Part shown: in pieces, positions 23,653 through 36,697 of the stretch | Layout: each line of letters starts with the position of its first letter | Numbering within the stretch: position 1 is the stretch's first letter | Source of the DNA: Macrostomum hystrix | Lineage: Eukaryota; Animalia; Platyhelminthes | DNA: 64,000 bases | NCBI GenBank assembly: GCA_950097015.1 | Contig: CATNEN010000033.1 | Location: forward strand, 2,356,001 to 2,420,000 | Direction of reading: 5' to 3' | Made by a program: the position numbers and the translations under genes | Notes under the pieces: model-generated | Seen by the model: the letters and a program-made list of their open reading frames with translations, nothing else | Databases searched by the model: none | Told to the model about the DNA's origin: nothing

Positions 23653-24264
23653 GATTCGCGCATAAGTCACCGCACTGTGCCGCCACTGCAGCCGCAGCCG
23701 CAGCAATTCAGCAGCAGCAGTCTAGACGACTGTTGCTGGCCAGTGTGGGAGTCTTTGCTAGATCTCGACTTCATTCTGGAACACTCCGCTGCAGCTTGCG
23801 AAGTCAGCCACTCTCTGCCGCCTCCGCCACCGCCTAGGCCGCATCAGCAACCGTCACCGTCGATTTCATCTGAGCCGCAGCAAAAAGCGCCGCAAAGAGG
23901 TCGGCGTCGAGTTTATCGACGCGAAAGCAGCAGCAGCAACAGTGGCAGCTCCGCTTCCAGCAACTCGGTCAGGCATGTCTGTTTTGCACCGGGCTGCGGC
24001 CGCGCCTACGCCAAGCTGTCGCACCTCAGGTCTCATGAACGGACTCACACTGGTGAAAAGCCCTACGTCTGCACCTGGCCCGGCTGCCGATGGCGCTTCG
24101 CCCGCTCCGATGAGCTCACCAGGCACCGGCGGCGACACACCGGCGAGCGTCCGTTTCGCTGCAGCCTGTGCGGGCGTGGCTTCGCCAGATCCGACCATCT
24201 GGCTCTGCACGGACGGAAACACGATGCTGGATCAGTTGCTGAGACACCACCCTCTGATCTGTGA
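23653..24264 (+). CDS. klf: Kruppel-like factor, KLF2/4-type, exon 2 with three C2H2 fingers
   Basis: [23 protein letters not shown] finger signature; N-terminal LLDLDFIL motif as in KLF4. Confidence 0.95.
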   Translation, partial: DSRISHRTVPPLQPQPQQFSSSSLDDCCWPVWESLLDLDFILEHSAAACEVSHSLPPPPPPRPHQQPSPSISSEPQQKAPQRGRRRVYRRESSSSNSGSSASSNSVRHVCFAPGCGRAYAKLSHLRSHERTHTGEKPYVCTWPGCRWRFARSDELTRHRRRHTGERPFRCSLCGRGFARSDHLALHGRKHDAGSVAETPPSDL

Positions 24265-24630
24265 GACACCACTCTCTGATCTGTGAGACACCACCCACTG
24301 ATCTGTGAGACACCACCCACTGATCTGTGAGACACCACCCACTGATCTGTGAGACACCACCCACTGATCTGTGAGACACCACCCACTGATCTGTGAGACA
24401 CCACCCACTGATCTGTGAGACACCACCCACTGATCTGTGAGACACCACCCACTGATCTGTGAGACACCACCCACTGATCTGTGAGACACCACCCACTGAT
24501 CTGTGAGACACCACCCACTGATCTGTGAGACACCACCCTCTGATCTGTGAGACACCACCCACTGATCTGTGAGACACCACCCACTGATCTGTGAGACACC
24601 ACCCACTGATCTGTGTGACACCACCCACTG
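24240..24630. repeat. 22-bp minisatellite TGAGACACCACCCACTGATCTG overlapping the KLF stop
   Basis: About 17.7 copies. Confidence 0.96.
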
Positions 24631-25191
24631 TTTCAGAGCTCCAATGGCTAACGACAATGACGAACCCGATGAGCAGCAGGGCAGGAGTGAAGTTCTGTTC
24701 TGTTAGAAGTTAATGTTGAAGTCGCTCCTCCAAAATGATCAAAGCGATGGCTATCTGGTGCAAAAACATTCAGCATTTCTTGTAAAATAGTGCACTTTAG
24801 AATGAGCTATATTTTTACTAACCCGAATAACTTTCTTTGAATTTAGTTCACTATTAATAGTTTTGCCAAATTTTCGACAAACTCAACTCACTGCCAGCTC
24901 ACGACTTCCATGCTGCGGTGCAGGTGTACTTTTACAAACTTTTTCAAACCTAACAGATCTTCCCAACTTCACGTGCTGTGCTAGCTGCAGTGCATTTTGC
25001 TTGTGTTAGCCGTACCTTTCAAACTCACATGTTTAATATATATTACTGGATATTTTATTGACTATTGACACACCGAATAAAACGGTTGAACGAAATTCGC
25101 TTTGTCAAGGTAGGTTCACAGTTTTATGCCTAACTGTACGCTTGTAGAATCGAAGCACAGAAGCTTCAACTGATCTGTGAGAGAATTAAAA

Positions 25192-28100
25192 AGTTGTAGC
25201 TAGAATCGCAGCAAGAGTTGTAGCTAGAATCGCAGCAAGAGTTGTAGCTAGAATCGCAGCAAGAGTTGTAGCTAGAATCGCAGCAAGAGTTGTAGCTAGA
25301 ATCGCAGCAAGAGTTGTAGCTAGAATCGCAGCAGGAGTTGTAGCTAGAATCGCAGCAGGAGCTGTAGCTAGAATCGCAGCAAGAGTTGTAGCTAGAATCG
25401 CAGCAAGAGTTGTAGCTAGAATCGCAGCAAGAGTTGTAGCTAGAATCGCAGCAAGGGTTGTAGCTAGAATCGCAGCAAGAGTTGTAGCTAGAATCGCAGC
25501 AAGAGTTGTAGCTAGAATCGCAGCAAGAGCTTTAGCTAGAATCGCAGCAAGAGTTGTAGCTAGAATCGCAGCAAGAGTTGTAGCTAGAATCGCAGCAAGA
25601 GTTGTAGCTAGAATCGCAGCAAGAGTTGTAGCTAGAATCGCAGCAAGAGTTGTAGCTCTAGAATCGCAGCAAGAGTTGTAGCTCTAGAATCGCAGCAAGA
25701 GTTGTAGCTGGAATCGCAGCAAGAGCTGTAGCTCTAGAATCGCAGCAAGAGTTGTTGCTAAAATCGCAGCAAGAGTTGTAGCTAGAATCGCAGCAAGAGT
25801 CGTAGCTCTAGAATCACAGCAAGAGTTATAGCTAGAATCGCAGCAAGAGTTGTAGCTAGAATCGCACCAAGAGTTGTAGCTCTAGAATCGCAGCAAGAGC
25901 TGTAGCTAGAATCGCAGCAAGAGTTGTAGCTAGAATCGCAGCATGAGCTTTAGCTAGAATCGCAGCAAGAGTTGTTGCTAGAATCGCAGCAAGAGTTGTA
26001 GCTAGAATCGCAGCAAGAGTTGTAGCTAGAATCGCAGCAAGAGTTGTAGCTAGAATCGCAGCAGGAGTTGAATTTAGAATCGCAGCAAGAGTTGTAGCTC
26101 TAGAATCGCAGCAAGAGTTGTAGCTAGAATCGCAGCAAGAGTTGTAGCTAGAATCGCAGCATGAGCTTTAACTAGAATCGCAGCAAGAGTTGTAGCTAGA
26201 ATCGCAGCAAGAGTTGTAGCTAGAATAGCAGCAGGAGTTGTAGCTCTAGAATCGCAGCAAGAGTTGTAGCTCTAGAATCGCAGCAAGAGTTGTAGCTCTA
26301 GAATCGCAGCAAGAGTTGTAGCTCTAGAATCGCAGCAGGAGTTGTAGCTCTAGAATCGCAGCAAGAGTTGTAGCTGGAATCGCAGCAAGAGTTGTAGCTA
26401 GAATCGCAGCAAGAGCTGTAGCTCTAGAATCGCAGCAAGAGTTGTAGTTGGAACCGCAGCAAGAGTTGTAGCTCTAGAATCGCAGCAAGAGCTGTAGCTC
26501 TAGAATCGCAGCAAGAGTTGTAGCTGGAATCGCAGCAAGAGTTGTAGCTAGAATCGCAGCAAGAGTTGTTGCTAAAATCGCAGCAAGAGTTGTAGCTAGA
26601 ATCGCAGCAAGAGTTGTAGCTCTAGAATCGCAGCAAGAGTTGTAGCTAGAATCGCAGAAGGAGTTGTAGCTCTAGCATCGCAGCAAGAGTTGTAGCTCTA
26701 GAATCGCAGCAAGAGTTGTAGCTAGAATCGCAGCAAGAGTTGTAGCTAGAATCGCAGCAAGAGTTGTTGCTAAAATCGCAGCAAGAGTTGTAGCTAGAAT
26801 CGCAGCAAGAGTTGTAGCTAGAATCGCAGCAAGAGTTGTAGCTAGAATCGCAGCAAGAGTTGTAACTAGAATCGCAGCAAGAGTTGTAGCTAGAATCGCA
26901 GCAAGAGTTGTAGCTAGAATCGCAGCAAGAGTTGTAGCTAGAATCGCAGCAAGAGTTGTAGCTAGAATCGCAGCAAGAGTTGTAGCTAGAATCGCAGCAA
27001 GAGTTGTAGCTAGAATCGCAGCAAGAGTTGTAGCTCTAGAATCACAGCAAGAGCTGTAGCTAGAATCGCAGCAAGAGTTGTAGCTAGAATCGCAGCATGA
27101 GCTTTAGCTAGAATCGCAGCAAGAGTTGTAGCTAGAATCGCAGCATGAGCTTTAGCTAGAATCGCAGCAAGAGTTGTAGCTAGAATCGCAGCAAGAGTTG
27201 TAGCTAGAATCGCAGCATGAGCTTTAGCTAGAAGCGCAGCAAGAGTTGTAGCTAGAATCGCAGCAAGAGTTGTAGCTAGAATCGCAGCATGAGCTTTAGC
27301 TAGAATCGCAGCAAGAGTTGTAGCTAGAATCGCAGCAAGAGTTGTAGCTAGAATCGTAGCAAGAGTTGTAGCTCTAGAATCGCAGCAAGGGTTGTAGCTC
27401 TAGAATCGCATCAAGAGTTGTAGCTAGAATCGCAGCAAGAGTTGTAGCTAGAATCGCAGTAAGAGTTGTAGCTCTAGAATCGCAGCAAGAGCTGTAGCTA
27501 GAATCGCAGCAAGAGTTGTAGCTAGAATCGCAGCAAGAGTTGTGGCTCTAGAATCGCAGCATGAGTTGCAGCTAGAATCGCAGCATGAGTTGTAGCTAGA
27601 ATCGCACCAAGAGTTGTAGCTAGAATAGCAGCAGGAGTTGTAGCTAGAATCGCAGCCAGAGCTGTAGCTCTAGAATCGCAGCAAGAGCTGTAGCTAGAAT
27701 CGCATCAAGAGTTGTAGCTAGAATCGCAGCATGAGCTTTAACTAGAATCGCAGCAGGAGTTGTAGCTCTAGAATCGCAGCAAGAGTTGTAGCTAGAATCG
27801 CAGCAAGAGCTGTAGCTCTAGAATCGCAGCAAGAGTTGTAGCTAGAATCGCATCAAGAGTTGTAGCTAGAATCGTAGCAAGAGTTGTAGCTAGAATCGCA
27901 GCAAGAGTTGTAGCTAGAATCGCAGCAAGAGTTGTAGCTCTAGAATCGCAGCAAGAGTTGTAGCTAGAATCGCAGCAGGAGTTGTAGCTCTAGAATCGCA
28001 GCAAGAGTTGTAGCTAGAATCGCAGCAAGAGTTGTAGCTAGAATCGCAGCAAGAGTGGTAGCTAGAATCGCAGCAAGAGTTGTTGCTAAAATCGCAGCAA

Positions 28101-31100
28101 GAGTTTTAGCTAAAATCGCAGCAAGAGTTGCAGCTAGAATCGCAGCAAGAGTTGCAGCTAGAATCGCACCAAGAGTTGTAGCTCTAGAATCGCAGCAAGA
28201 GCTGTAGCTAGAATCGCATCAAGAGTTGTAGCTAGAATCGCAGCAAGAGTTGTAGCTAGAATCGCAGCAAGAGTTGTTGCTAAAATCGCAGCAAGAGTTG
28301 TAGCTAGAATCGCAGCAAGAGTAGTAGCTCTAGAATCGCAGCAAGAGTTGTAGCTAGAATCGCAGCAAGAGTTGTAGCTGGAATCGCAGCAAGAGTTGTA
28401 GCTCTAGAATCGCAGCAAGAGTTGTAGCTAGAATCGCAGCAAGAGTTGTAGCTCTAGAATCGCAGCAAAAGCTGTAGCTCTAGAATCGCAGGAAGAGTTG
28501 TAGCTGGAACCGCAGCAAGAGTTGTAGCTAGAATCGTAGCAAGAGTTGTAGCTCTAGAATCGCAGCAAGAGTTGTAGCTCTAGAATCGCAGCAAGAGTTG
28601 TAGCTAGAATCGCAGCAAGAGTTGTAGCTAGAATCGCAGCAAGAGTTGTAGCTAGAATCGCAGCATGAGCTTTAGCTAGAATCGCAGCAAGAGTTGTAGC
28701 TAGAATCGCATCAAGAGTTGTAGCTAGAATCGCAGCATGAGCGTTAGCTAGAAGCGCAGCAAGAGTTGTAGCTAGAATCGCAGCAAGAGTTGTAGCTAGA
28801 ATCGCAGCATGAGCTTTAGCTAGAATCGCAGCAAGAGTTGTAGCTAGAATCGCAGCAAGAGTTGTAGCTAGAATCGCAGCATGAGCTTTAGCTAGAAGCG
28901 CAGCAAGAGTTGTAGCTAGAATCGCAGCAAGAGTTGTAGCTAGAATCGCAGCATGAGCTTTAGCTAGAATCGCAGCAAGAGTTGTAGCTAGAATCGCAGC
29001 ATGAGCTTTAGCTAGAATCGCAGCAAGAGTTGTAGATAGAATCGCAGCAAGAGTTGTAGCTAGAATCGCAGCATGAGCTTTAGCTAGAATCGCAGCAAGA
29101 GTTGTAGCTAGAATCGCAGCAAGAGTTGTAGCTAGAATCGCAGCATGAGCTTTAGCTAGAATCGCAGCAAGAGTTGTAGCTAGAATCGCAGCAAGAGTTG
29201 TAGCTCTAGAATCGCAGCAAGAGTTGTAGCTCTAGAATCGCAGCAAGAGTTGTAGCTAGAATCGCAGCAAGAGTTGTAGCTAGAATCGCAGCATGAGCTT
29301 TAGCTAGAATCGCAGCAAGAGTTGTAGCTAGAATCGCAGCAAGAGTTGTAGCTAGAATCGCAGCATGAGCTTTAGCTAGAATCGCAGCAAGAGTTGTAGC
29401 TAGAATCGCAGCAAGAGTTGTAGCTAGAATCGCAGCATGAGCTTTAGCTAGAATCGCAGCAAGAGTTGTAGCTAGAATCGCAGCATGAGCTTTAGCTAGA
29501 ATCGCAGCAAGAGTTGTTGCTAGAATCGCAGCAAGAGTTGTAGCTAGAATCGCAGCATGAGCTTTAGCTAGAAGCGCAGCAAGAGTTGTAGCTAGAATCG
29601 CAGCAAGAGTTGTAGCTAGAATCGCAGCATGAGCTTTAGCTAGAATCGCAGCAAGAGTTGTAGCTAGAATCGCAGCAAGAGTTGTAGCTAGAATCGTAGC
29701 AAGAGTTGTAGCTCTAGAATCGCAGCAAGAGTTGTAGCTCTAGAATCGCAGCAAGAGTTGTAGCTAAAATCGCAGCAAGAGTTGTAGCTAGAATCGCAGC
29801 AAGAGTTGTAGCTAGAATCGCAGCAAGAGTTGTAGCTAGAATCGCAGCAAGAGTTGTAGCTAGAATCGCAGCAAGAGTTGTAGCTAGAATCGCAGCAAGA
29901 GTTGTAGCTAGAATCGCAGCAGGAGTTGTAGCTAGAATCGCAGCAGGAGCTGTAGCTAGAATCGCAGCAAGAGTTGTAGCTAGAATCGCAGCAAGAGTTG
30001 TAGCTAGAATCGCAGCAAGAGTTGTAGCTAGAATCGCAGCAAGGGTTGTAACTAGAATCGCAGCAAGAGTTGTAGCTAGAATCGCAGCAAGGGTTGTAAC
30101 TAGAATCGCAGCAAGAGTTGTAGCTAGAATCGCAGCAAGAGTTGTTGCTAAAATCGCAGCAAGAGTTGTAGCTAGAATCGCAGCAAGAGTCGTAGCTCTA
30201 GAATCACAGCAAGAGTTATAGCTAGAATCGCAGCAAGAGTTGTAGCTAGAATCGCACCAAGAGTTGTAGCTCTAGAATCGCAGCAAGAGCTGTAGCTAGA
30301 ATCGCAGCAAGAGTTGTAGCTAGAATCGCAGCATGAGCTTTAGCTAGAATCGCAGCAAGAGTTGTTGCTAGAATCGCAGCAAGAGTTGTAGCTAGAATCG
30401 CAGCATGAGCTTTAGCTAGAATCGCAGCAAGAGTTGTAGCTAGAATCGCAGCAAGAGTTGTAGCTAGAATCGCAGCATGAGCTTTAGCTAGAATCGCAGC
30501 AAGAGTTGTAGCTAGAATCGCAGCATGAGCTTTAGCTAGAATCGCAGCAAGAGTTGTAGCTAGAATCGCAGCAAGAGTTGTAGCTAGAATCGCAGCAAGA
30601 GTTGTAGCTAGAATAGCAGCAGGAGTTGTAGCTCTAGAATCGCAGCAAGAGTTGTAGCTCTAGAATCGCAGCAAGAGTTGTAGCTCTAGAATCGCAGCAA
30701 GAGTTGTAGCTCTAGAATCGCAGCAGGAGTTGTAGCTCTAGAATCGCAGCAAGAGTTGTAGCTGGAATCGCAGCAAGAGTTGTAGCTAGAATCGCAGCAA
30801 GAGCTGTAGCTCTAGAATCGCAGCAAGAGTTGTAGTTGGAACCGCAGCAAGAGTTGTAGCTCTAGAATCGCAGCAAGAGCTGTAGCTCTAGAATCGCAGC
30901 AAGAGTTGTAGCTGGAATCGCAGCAAGAGTTGTAGCTAGAATCGCAGCAAGAGTTGTTGCTAAAATCGCAGCAAGAGTTGTAGCTAGAATCGCAGCAAGA
31001 GTTGTAGCTCTAGAATCGCAGCAAGAGTTGTAGCTAGAATCGCAGAAGGAGTTGTAGCTGGAATCGCAGCAAGAGTTGTAGCTAGAATCGCAGCAAGAGC

Positions 31101-34100
31101 TGTAGCTCTAGAATCGCAGCAAGAGTTGTAGTTGGAACCGCAGCAAGAGTTGTAGCTCTAGAATCGCAGCAAGAGCTGTAGCTCTAGAATCGCAGCAAGA
31201 GTTGTAGCTGGAATCGCAGCAAGAGTTGTAGCTAGAATCGCAGCAAGAGTTGTTGCTAAAATCGCAGCAAGAGTTGTAGCTAGAATCGCAGCAAGAGTTG
31301 TAGCTCTAGAATCGCAGCAAGAGTTGTAGCTAGAATCGCAGAAGGAGTTGTAGCTCTAGCATCGCAGCAAGAGTTGTAGCTCTAGAATCGCAGCAAGAGT
31401 TGTAGCTAGAATCGCAGCAAGAGTTGTAGCTAGAATCGCAGCAAGAGTTGTTGCTAAAATCGCAGCAAGAGTTGTAGCTAGAATCGCAGCAAGAGTTGTA
31501 GCTAGAATCGCAGCAAGAGTTGTAGCTAGAATCGCAGCAAGAGTTGTAACTAGAATCGCAGCAAGAGTTGTAGCTAGAATCGCAGCAAGAGTTGTAGCTA
31601 GAATCGCAGCAAGAGTTGTAGCTAGAATCGCAGCAAGAGTTGTAGCTAGAATCGCAGCAAGAGTTGTAGCTAGAATCGCAGCAAGAGTTGTAGCTAGAAT
31701 CGCAGCAAGAGTTGTAGCTCTAGAATCACAGCAAGAGCTGTAGCTAGAATCGCAGCAAGAGTTGTAGCTAGAATCGCAGCAAGGGTTGTAGCTCTAGAAT
31801 CGCATCAAGAGTTGTAGCTAGAATCGCAGCAAGAGTTGTAGCTAGAATCGCAGTAAGAGTTGTAGCTCTAGAATCGCAGCAAGAGCTGTAGCTAGAATCG
31901 CAGCAAGAGTTGTAGCTAGAATCGCAGCAAGAGTTGTGGCTCTAGAATCGCAGCATGAGTTGCAGCTAGAATCGCAGCATGAGTTGTAGCTAGAATCGCA
32001 CCAAGAGTTGTAGCTAGAATCGCAGCAAGAGTTGTAGCTAGAATCGCAGCAAGAGTTGTAGCTAGAATCGCAGCAAGAGTTGTAGCTCTAGAATCGCAGC
32101 AAGAGCTGTAGCTAGAATCGCAGCAAGAGTTGTAGCTAGAATCGCAGCAAGAGTTGTGGCTCTAGAATCACAGCAAGAGCTGTAGCTAGAATCGCAGCCA
32201 GAGCTGTAGCTCTAGAATCGCAGCAAGAGCTGTAGCTAGAATCGCATCAAGAGTTGTAGCTAGAATCGCAGCATGAGCTTTAACTAGAATCGCAGCAGGA
32301 GTTGTAGCTCTAGAATCGCAGCAAGAGTTGTAGCTAGAATCGCAGCAAGAGCTGTAGCTCTAGAATCGCAGCAAGAGTTGTAGCTAGAATCGCATCAAGA
32401 GTTGTAGCTAGAATCGCAGCAAGAGTTGTAGCTGGAATCGTAGCAAGAGTTGTAGCTCTAGAATCGCAGCAAGAGCTGTAGCTAGAATCGCATCAAGAGT
32501 TGTAGCTAGAATCGCAGCATGAGCTTTAACTAGAATCGCAGCAGGAGTTGTAGCTCTAGAATCGCAGCAAGAGTTGTAGCTAGAATCGCAGCAAGAGTTG
32601 TAGCTAGAATCGCAGCAAGAGTGGTAGCTAGAATCGCAGCAAGAGTTGTTGCTAAAATCGCAGCAAGAGTTTTAGCTAAAATCGCAGCAAGAGTTGCAGC
32701 TAGAATCGCAGCAAGAGTTGCAGCTAGAATCGCACCAAGAGTTGTAGCTCTAGAATCGCAGCAAGAGCTGTAGCTAGAATCGCATCAAGAGTTGTAGCTA
32801 GAATCGCAGCAAGAGTTGTAGCTAGAATCGCAGCAAGAGTTGTTGCTAAAATCGCAGCAAGAGTTGTAGCTAGAATCGCAGCAAGAGTAGTAGCTCTAGA
32901 ATCGCAGCAAGAGTTGTAGCTAGAATCGCAGCAAGAGTTGTAGCTGGAATCGCAGCAAGAGTTGTAGCTCTAGAATCGCAGCAAGAGTTGTAGCTAGAAT
33001 CGCAGCAAGAGTTGTAGCTCTAGAATCGCAGCAAAAGCTGTAGCTCTAGAATCGCAGGAAGAGTTGTAGCTGGAACCGCAGCAAGAGTTGTAGCTAGAAT
33101 CGTAGCAAGAGTTGTAGCTCTAGAATCGCAGCAAGAGTTGTAGCTCTAGAATCGCAGCAAGAGTTGTAGCTAGAATCGCAGCAAGAGTTGTAGCTAGAAT
33201 CGCAGCAAGAGTTGTAGCTAGAATCGCAGCATGAGCTTTAGCTAGAATCGCAGCAAGAGTTGTAGCTAGAATCGCAGCAAGAGTTGTAGCTAGAATCGCA
33301 GCATGAGCTTTAGCTAGAAGCGCAGCAAGAGTTGTAGCTAGAATCGCAGCAAGAGTTGTAGCTAGAATCGCAGCATGAGCTTTAGCTAGAATCGCAGCAA
33401 GAGTTGTAGCTAGAATCGCAGCAAGAGTTGTAGCTAGAATCGCAGCATGAGCTTTAGCTAGAAGCGCAGCAAGAGTTGTAGCTAGAATCGCAGCAAGAGT
33501 TGTAGCTAGAATCGCAGCATGAGCTTTAGCTAGAATCGCAGCAAGAGTTGTAGCTAGAATCGCAGCATGAGCTTTAGCTAGAATCGCAGCAAGAGTTGTA
33601 GATAGAATCGCAGCAAGAGTTGTAGCTAGAATCGCAGCATGAGCTTTAGCTAGAATCGCAGCAAGAGTTGTAGCTAGAATCGCAGCAAGAGTTGTAGCTA
33701 GAATCGCAGCAAGAGTAGTAGCTCTAGAATCGCAGCAAGAGTTGTAGCTAGAATCGCAGCAAGAGTTGTAGCTGGAATCGCAGCAAGAGTTGTAGCTCTA
33801 GAATCGCAGCAAGAGTTGTAGCTAGAATCGCAGCAAGAGTTGTAGCTCTAGAATCGCAGCAAAAGCTGTAGCTCTAGAATCGCAGGAAGAGTTGTAGCTG
33901 GAACCGCAGCAAGAGTTGTAGCTAGAATCGTAGCAAGAGTTGTAGCTCTAGAATCGCAGCAAGAGTTGTAGCTCTAGAATCGCAGCAAGAGTTGTAGCTA
34001 GAATCGCAGCAAGAGTTGTAGCTAGAATCGCAGCAAGAGTTGTAGCTAGAATCGCAGCATGAGCTTTAGCTAGAATCGCAGCAAGAGTTGTAGCTAGAAT

Positions 34101-35988
34101 CGCAGCAAGAGTTGTAGCTAGAATCGCAGCATGAGCTTTAGCTAGAAGCGCAGCAAGAGTTGTAGCTAGAATCGCAGCAAGAGTTGTAGCTAGAATCGCA
34201 GCATGAGCTTTAGCTAGAATCGCAGCAAGAGTTGTAGCTAGAATCGCAGCAAGAGTTGTAGCTAGAATCGCAGCATGAGCTTTAGCTAGAAGCGCAGCAA
34301 GAGTTGTAGCTAGAATCGCAGCAAGAGTTGTAGCTAGAATCGCAGCATGAGCTTTAGCTAGAATCGCAGCAAGAGTTGTAGCTAGAATCGCAGCATGAGC
34401 TTTAGCTAGAATCGCAGCAAGAGTTGTAGATAGAATCGCAGCAAGAGTTGTAGCTAGAATCGCAGCATGAGCTTTAGCTAGAATCGCAGCAAGAGTTGTA
34501 GCTAGAATCGCAGCAAGAGTTGTAGCTAGAATCGCAGCATGAGCTTTAGCTAGAATCGCAGCAAGAGTTGTAGCTAGAATCGCAGCAAGAGTTGTAGCTC
34601 TAGAATCGCAGCAAGAGTTGTAGCTCTAGAATCGCAGCAAGAGTTGTAGCTAGAATCGCAGCAAGAGTTGTAGCTAGAATCGCAGCATGAGCTTTAGCTA
34701 GAATCGCAGCAAGAGTTGTAGCTAGAATCGCAGCAAGAGTTGTAGCTAGAATCGCAGCATGAGCTTTAGCTAGAATCGCAGCAAGAGTTGTAGCTAGAAT
34801 CGCAGCAAGAGTTGTAGCTAGAATCGCAGCATGAGCTTTAGCTAGAATCGCAGCAAGAGTTGTAGCTAGAATCGCAGCATGAGCTTTAGCTAGAATCGCA
34901 GCAAGAGTTGTAGCTAGAATCGCAGCAAGAGTTGTAGCTAGAATCGCAGCATGAGCTTTAGCTAGAAGCGCAGCAAGAGTTGTAGCTAGAATCGCAGCAA
35001 GAGTTGTAGCTAGAATCGCAGCATGAGCTTTAGCTAGAATCGCAGCAAGAGTTGTAGCTAGAATCGCAGCAAGAGTTGTAGCTAGAATCGTAGCAAGAGT
35101 TGTAGCTCTAGAATCGCAGCAAGAGTTGTAGCTCTAGAATCGCAGCAAGAGTTGTAGCTAAAATCGCAGCAAGAGTTGTAGCTAGAATCGCAGCAAGAGT
35201 TGTAGCTAGAATCGCAGCATGAGCTTTAGCTAGAATCGCAGCAAGAGTTGTAGCTAGAATCGCAGCAAGAGTTGTAGCTATTTATAGAATCGCAGCATGA
35301 GCTTTAGCTAGAAGCGCAGCAAGAGTTGTAGCTAGAATCGCAGCAAGAGTTGTAGCTAGAATCGCAGCATGAGCTTTAGCTAGAATCGCAGCAAGAGTTG
35401 TAGCTAGAATCGCAGCATGAGCTTTAGCTAGAATCGCAGCAAGAGTTGTAGCTAGAATCGCAGCAAGAGTTGTAGCTAGAATCGCAGCAAGAGTTGTAGC
35501 TAGAATCGCAGCAAGAGTTGTAGCTAGAATCGCAGCATGAGCTTTAGCTAGAATCGCAGCAAGAGTTGTAGCTAGAATCGCAGCAAGAGTTGTAGCTAGA
35601 ATCGCAGCAAGGGTTGTAGCTCTAGAATCGCATCAAGAGTTGTAGCTAGAATCGCAGCAAGAGTTGTAGCTAGAATCGCAGTAAGAGTTGTAGCTCTAGA
35701 ATCGCAGCAAGAGCTGTAGCTAGAATCGCAGCAAGAGTTGTAGCTCTAGAATCACAGCAAGAGCTGTAGCTAGAATCGCAGCAAGAGTTGTAGCTAGAAT
35801 CGCAGCAAGGGTTGTAGCTCTAGAATCGCATCAAGAGTTGTAGCTAGAATCGCAGCAAGAGTTGTAGCTAGAATCGCAGTAAGAGTTGTAGCTCTAGAAT
35901 CGCAGCAAGAGTTGTAGCTAGAATCGCAGCAAGAGTTGTAGCTAGAATCGCAGCAAGAGTTGTAGCTAGAATCGCAGCAGGAGTTGTA
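25192..35988. repeat. 10.8-kb satellite, 24-bp unit AGCTAGAATCGCAGCAAGAGTTGT with a 26-bp +CT variant and higher-order duplications
   Basis: About 440 units between the convergent KLF and LZTS 3' ends. Confidence 0.98.
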
Positions 35989-36478
35989 TAATACAAAAAA
36001 CGCAACGAGGTAACTTGACAGACTTTCTCGCACGGTCAAGTCTTTAATTACGTAGAGTTTTCTGCATACAAAATTGTATTATCGGTAAAATTAATAAATG
36101 GCAGTTTAACGAAATAGAAAGTTAAAAAAGCAGAATCGCAGCAGATAACACGATAAGGCACATTTTCATTTTGTACGAGTACTACCCTCGTACTATCATC
36201 AAGCAGCGCAGTTTCCGCCTTTTTATTGATTTAATTAAAAAAGCTTAACGTATTCGTAACACATAGCTTTTATCAACTAAATCATTTTAATTCATTAATA
36301 AAAAGAAACAAATTTGTATCTATAATTATATTAAAATAATCACAAATGTTTGGCAAAATATTTAACTTTTGCAACTAGGGCCAATTCTACCCTGTACAGT
36401 TATCCTTTTGAGTTTGGTGCATGTCAGGCCTCACACGCCATGGCAACCAGTGACAGCAAATTGAGAACGCTCGATGTC

Positions 36479-36682
36479 TCATTTCAGCCTCGCGTTCTGT
36501 GGCTGCGCAGCCAGGGCCAGCCTCGCCGTCTCAAGAAGCTCGCTGAGTAGAGCCACCTCGCCTTCCAGCTGGCGACACCTGGCAGCGAGCTGGTGCTGAT
36601 TTGCCAGCAGCTGCCGCTGATAGCCAACCACCTTGCACTTTTCCTCCAGCCACTGAGAGCGCTCCACGTTGAAGGCAGATTC
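36479..36682 (-). CDS. lzts: LZTS-family exon 4 (stop)
   Basis: WLEEKCKVVGYQRQLLANQHQL..QLE matches the LZTS/Fez1 C-terminal W.EEKEKVI.YQKQLQ motif; CCCGCAG acceptor; AATAAA on minus at 36222-36227. Confidence 0.88.
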   Translation of the reverse strand, partial: ESAFNVERSQWLEEKCKVVGYQRQLLANQHQLAARCRQLEGEVALLSELLETARLALAAQPQNARLK

Positions 36683-36697
36683 CTGCGGGACAGATTA

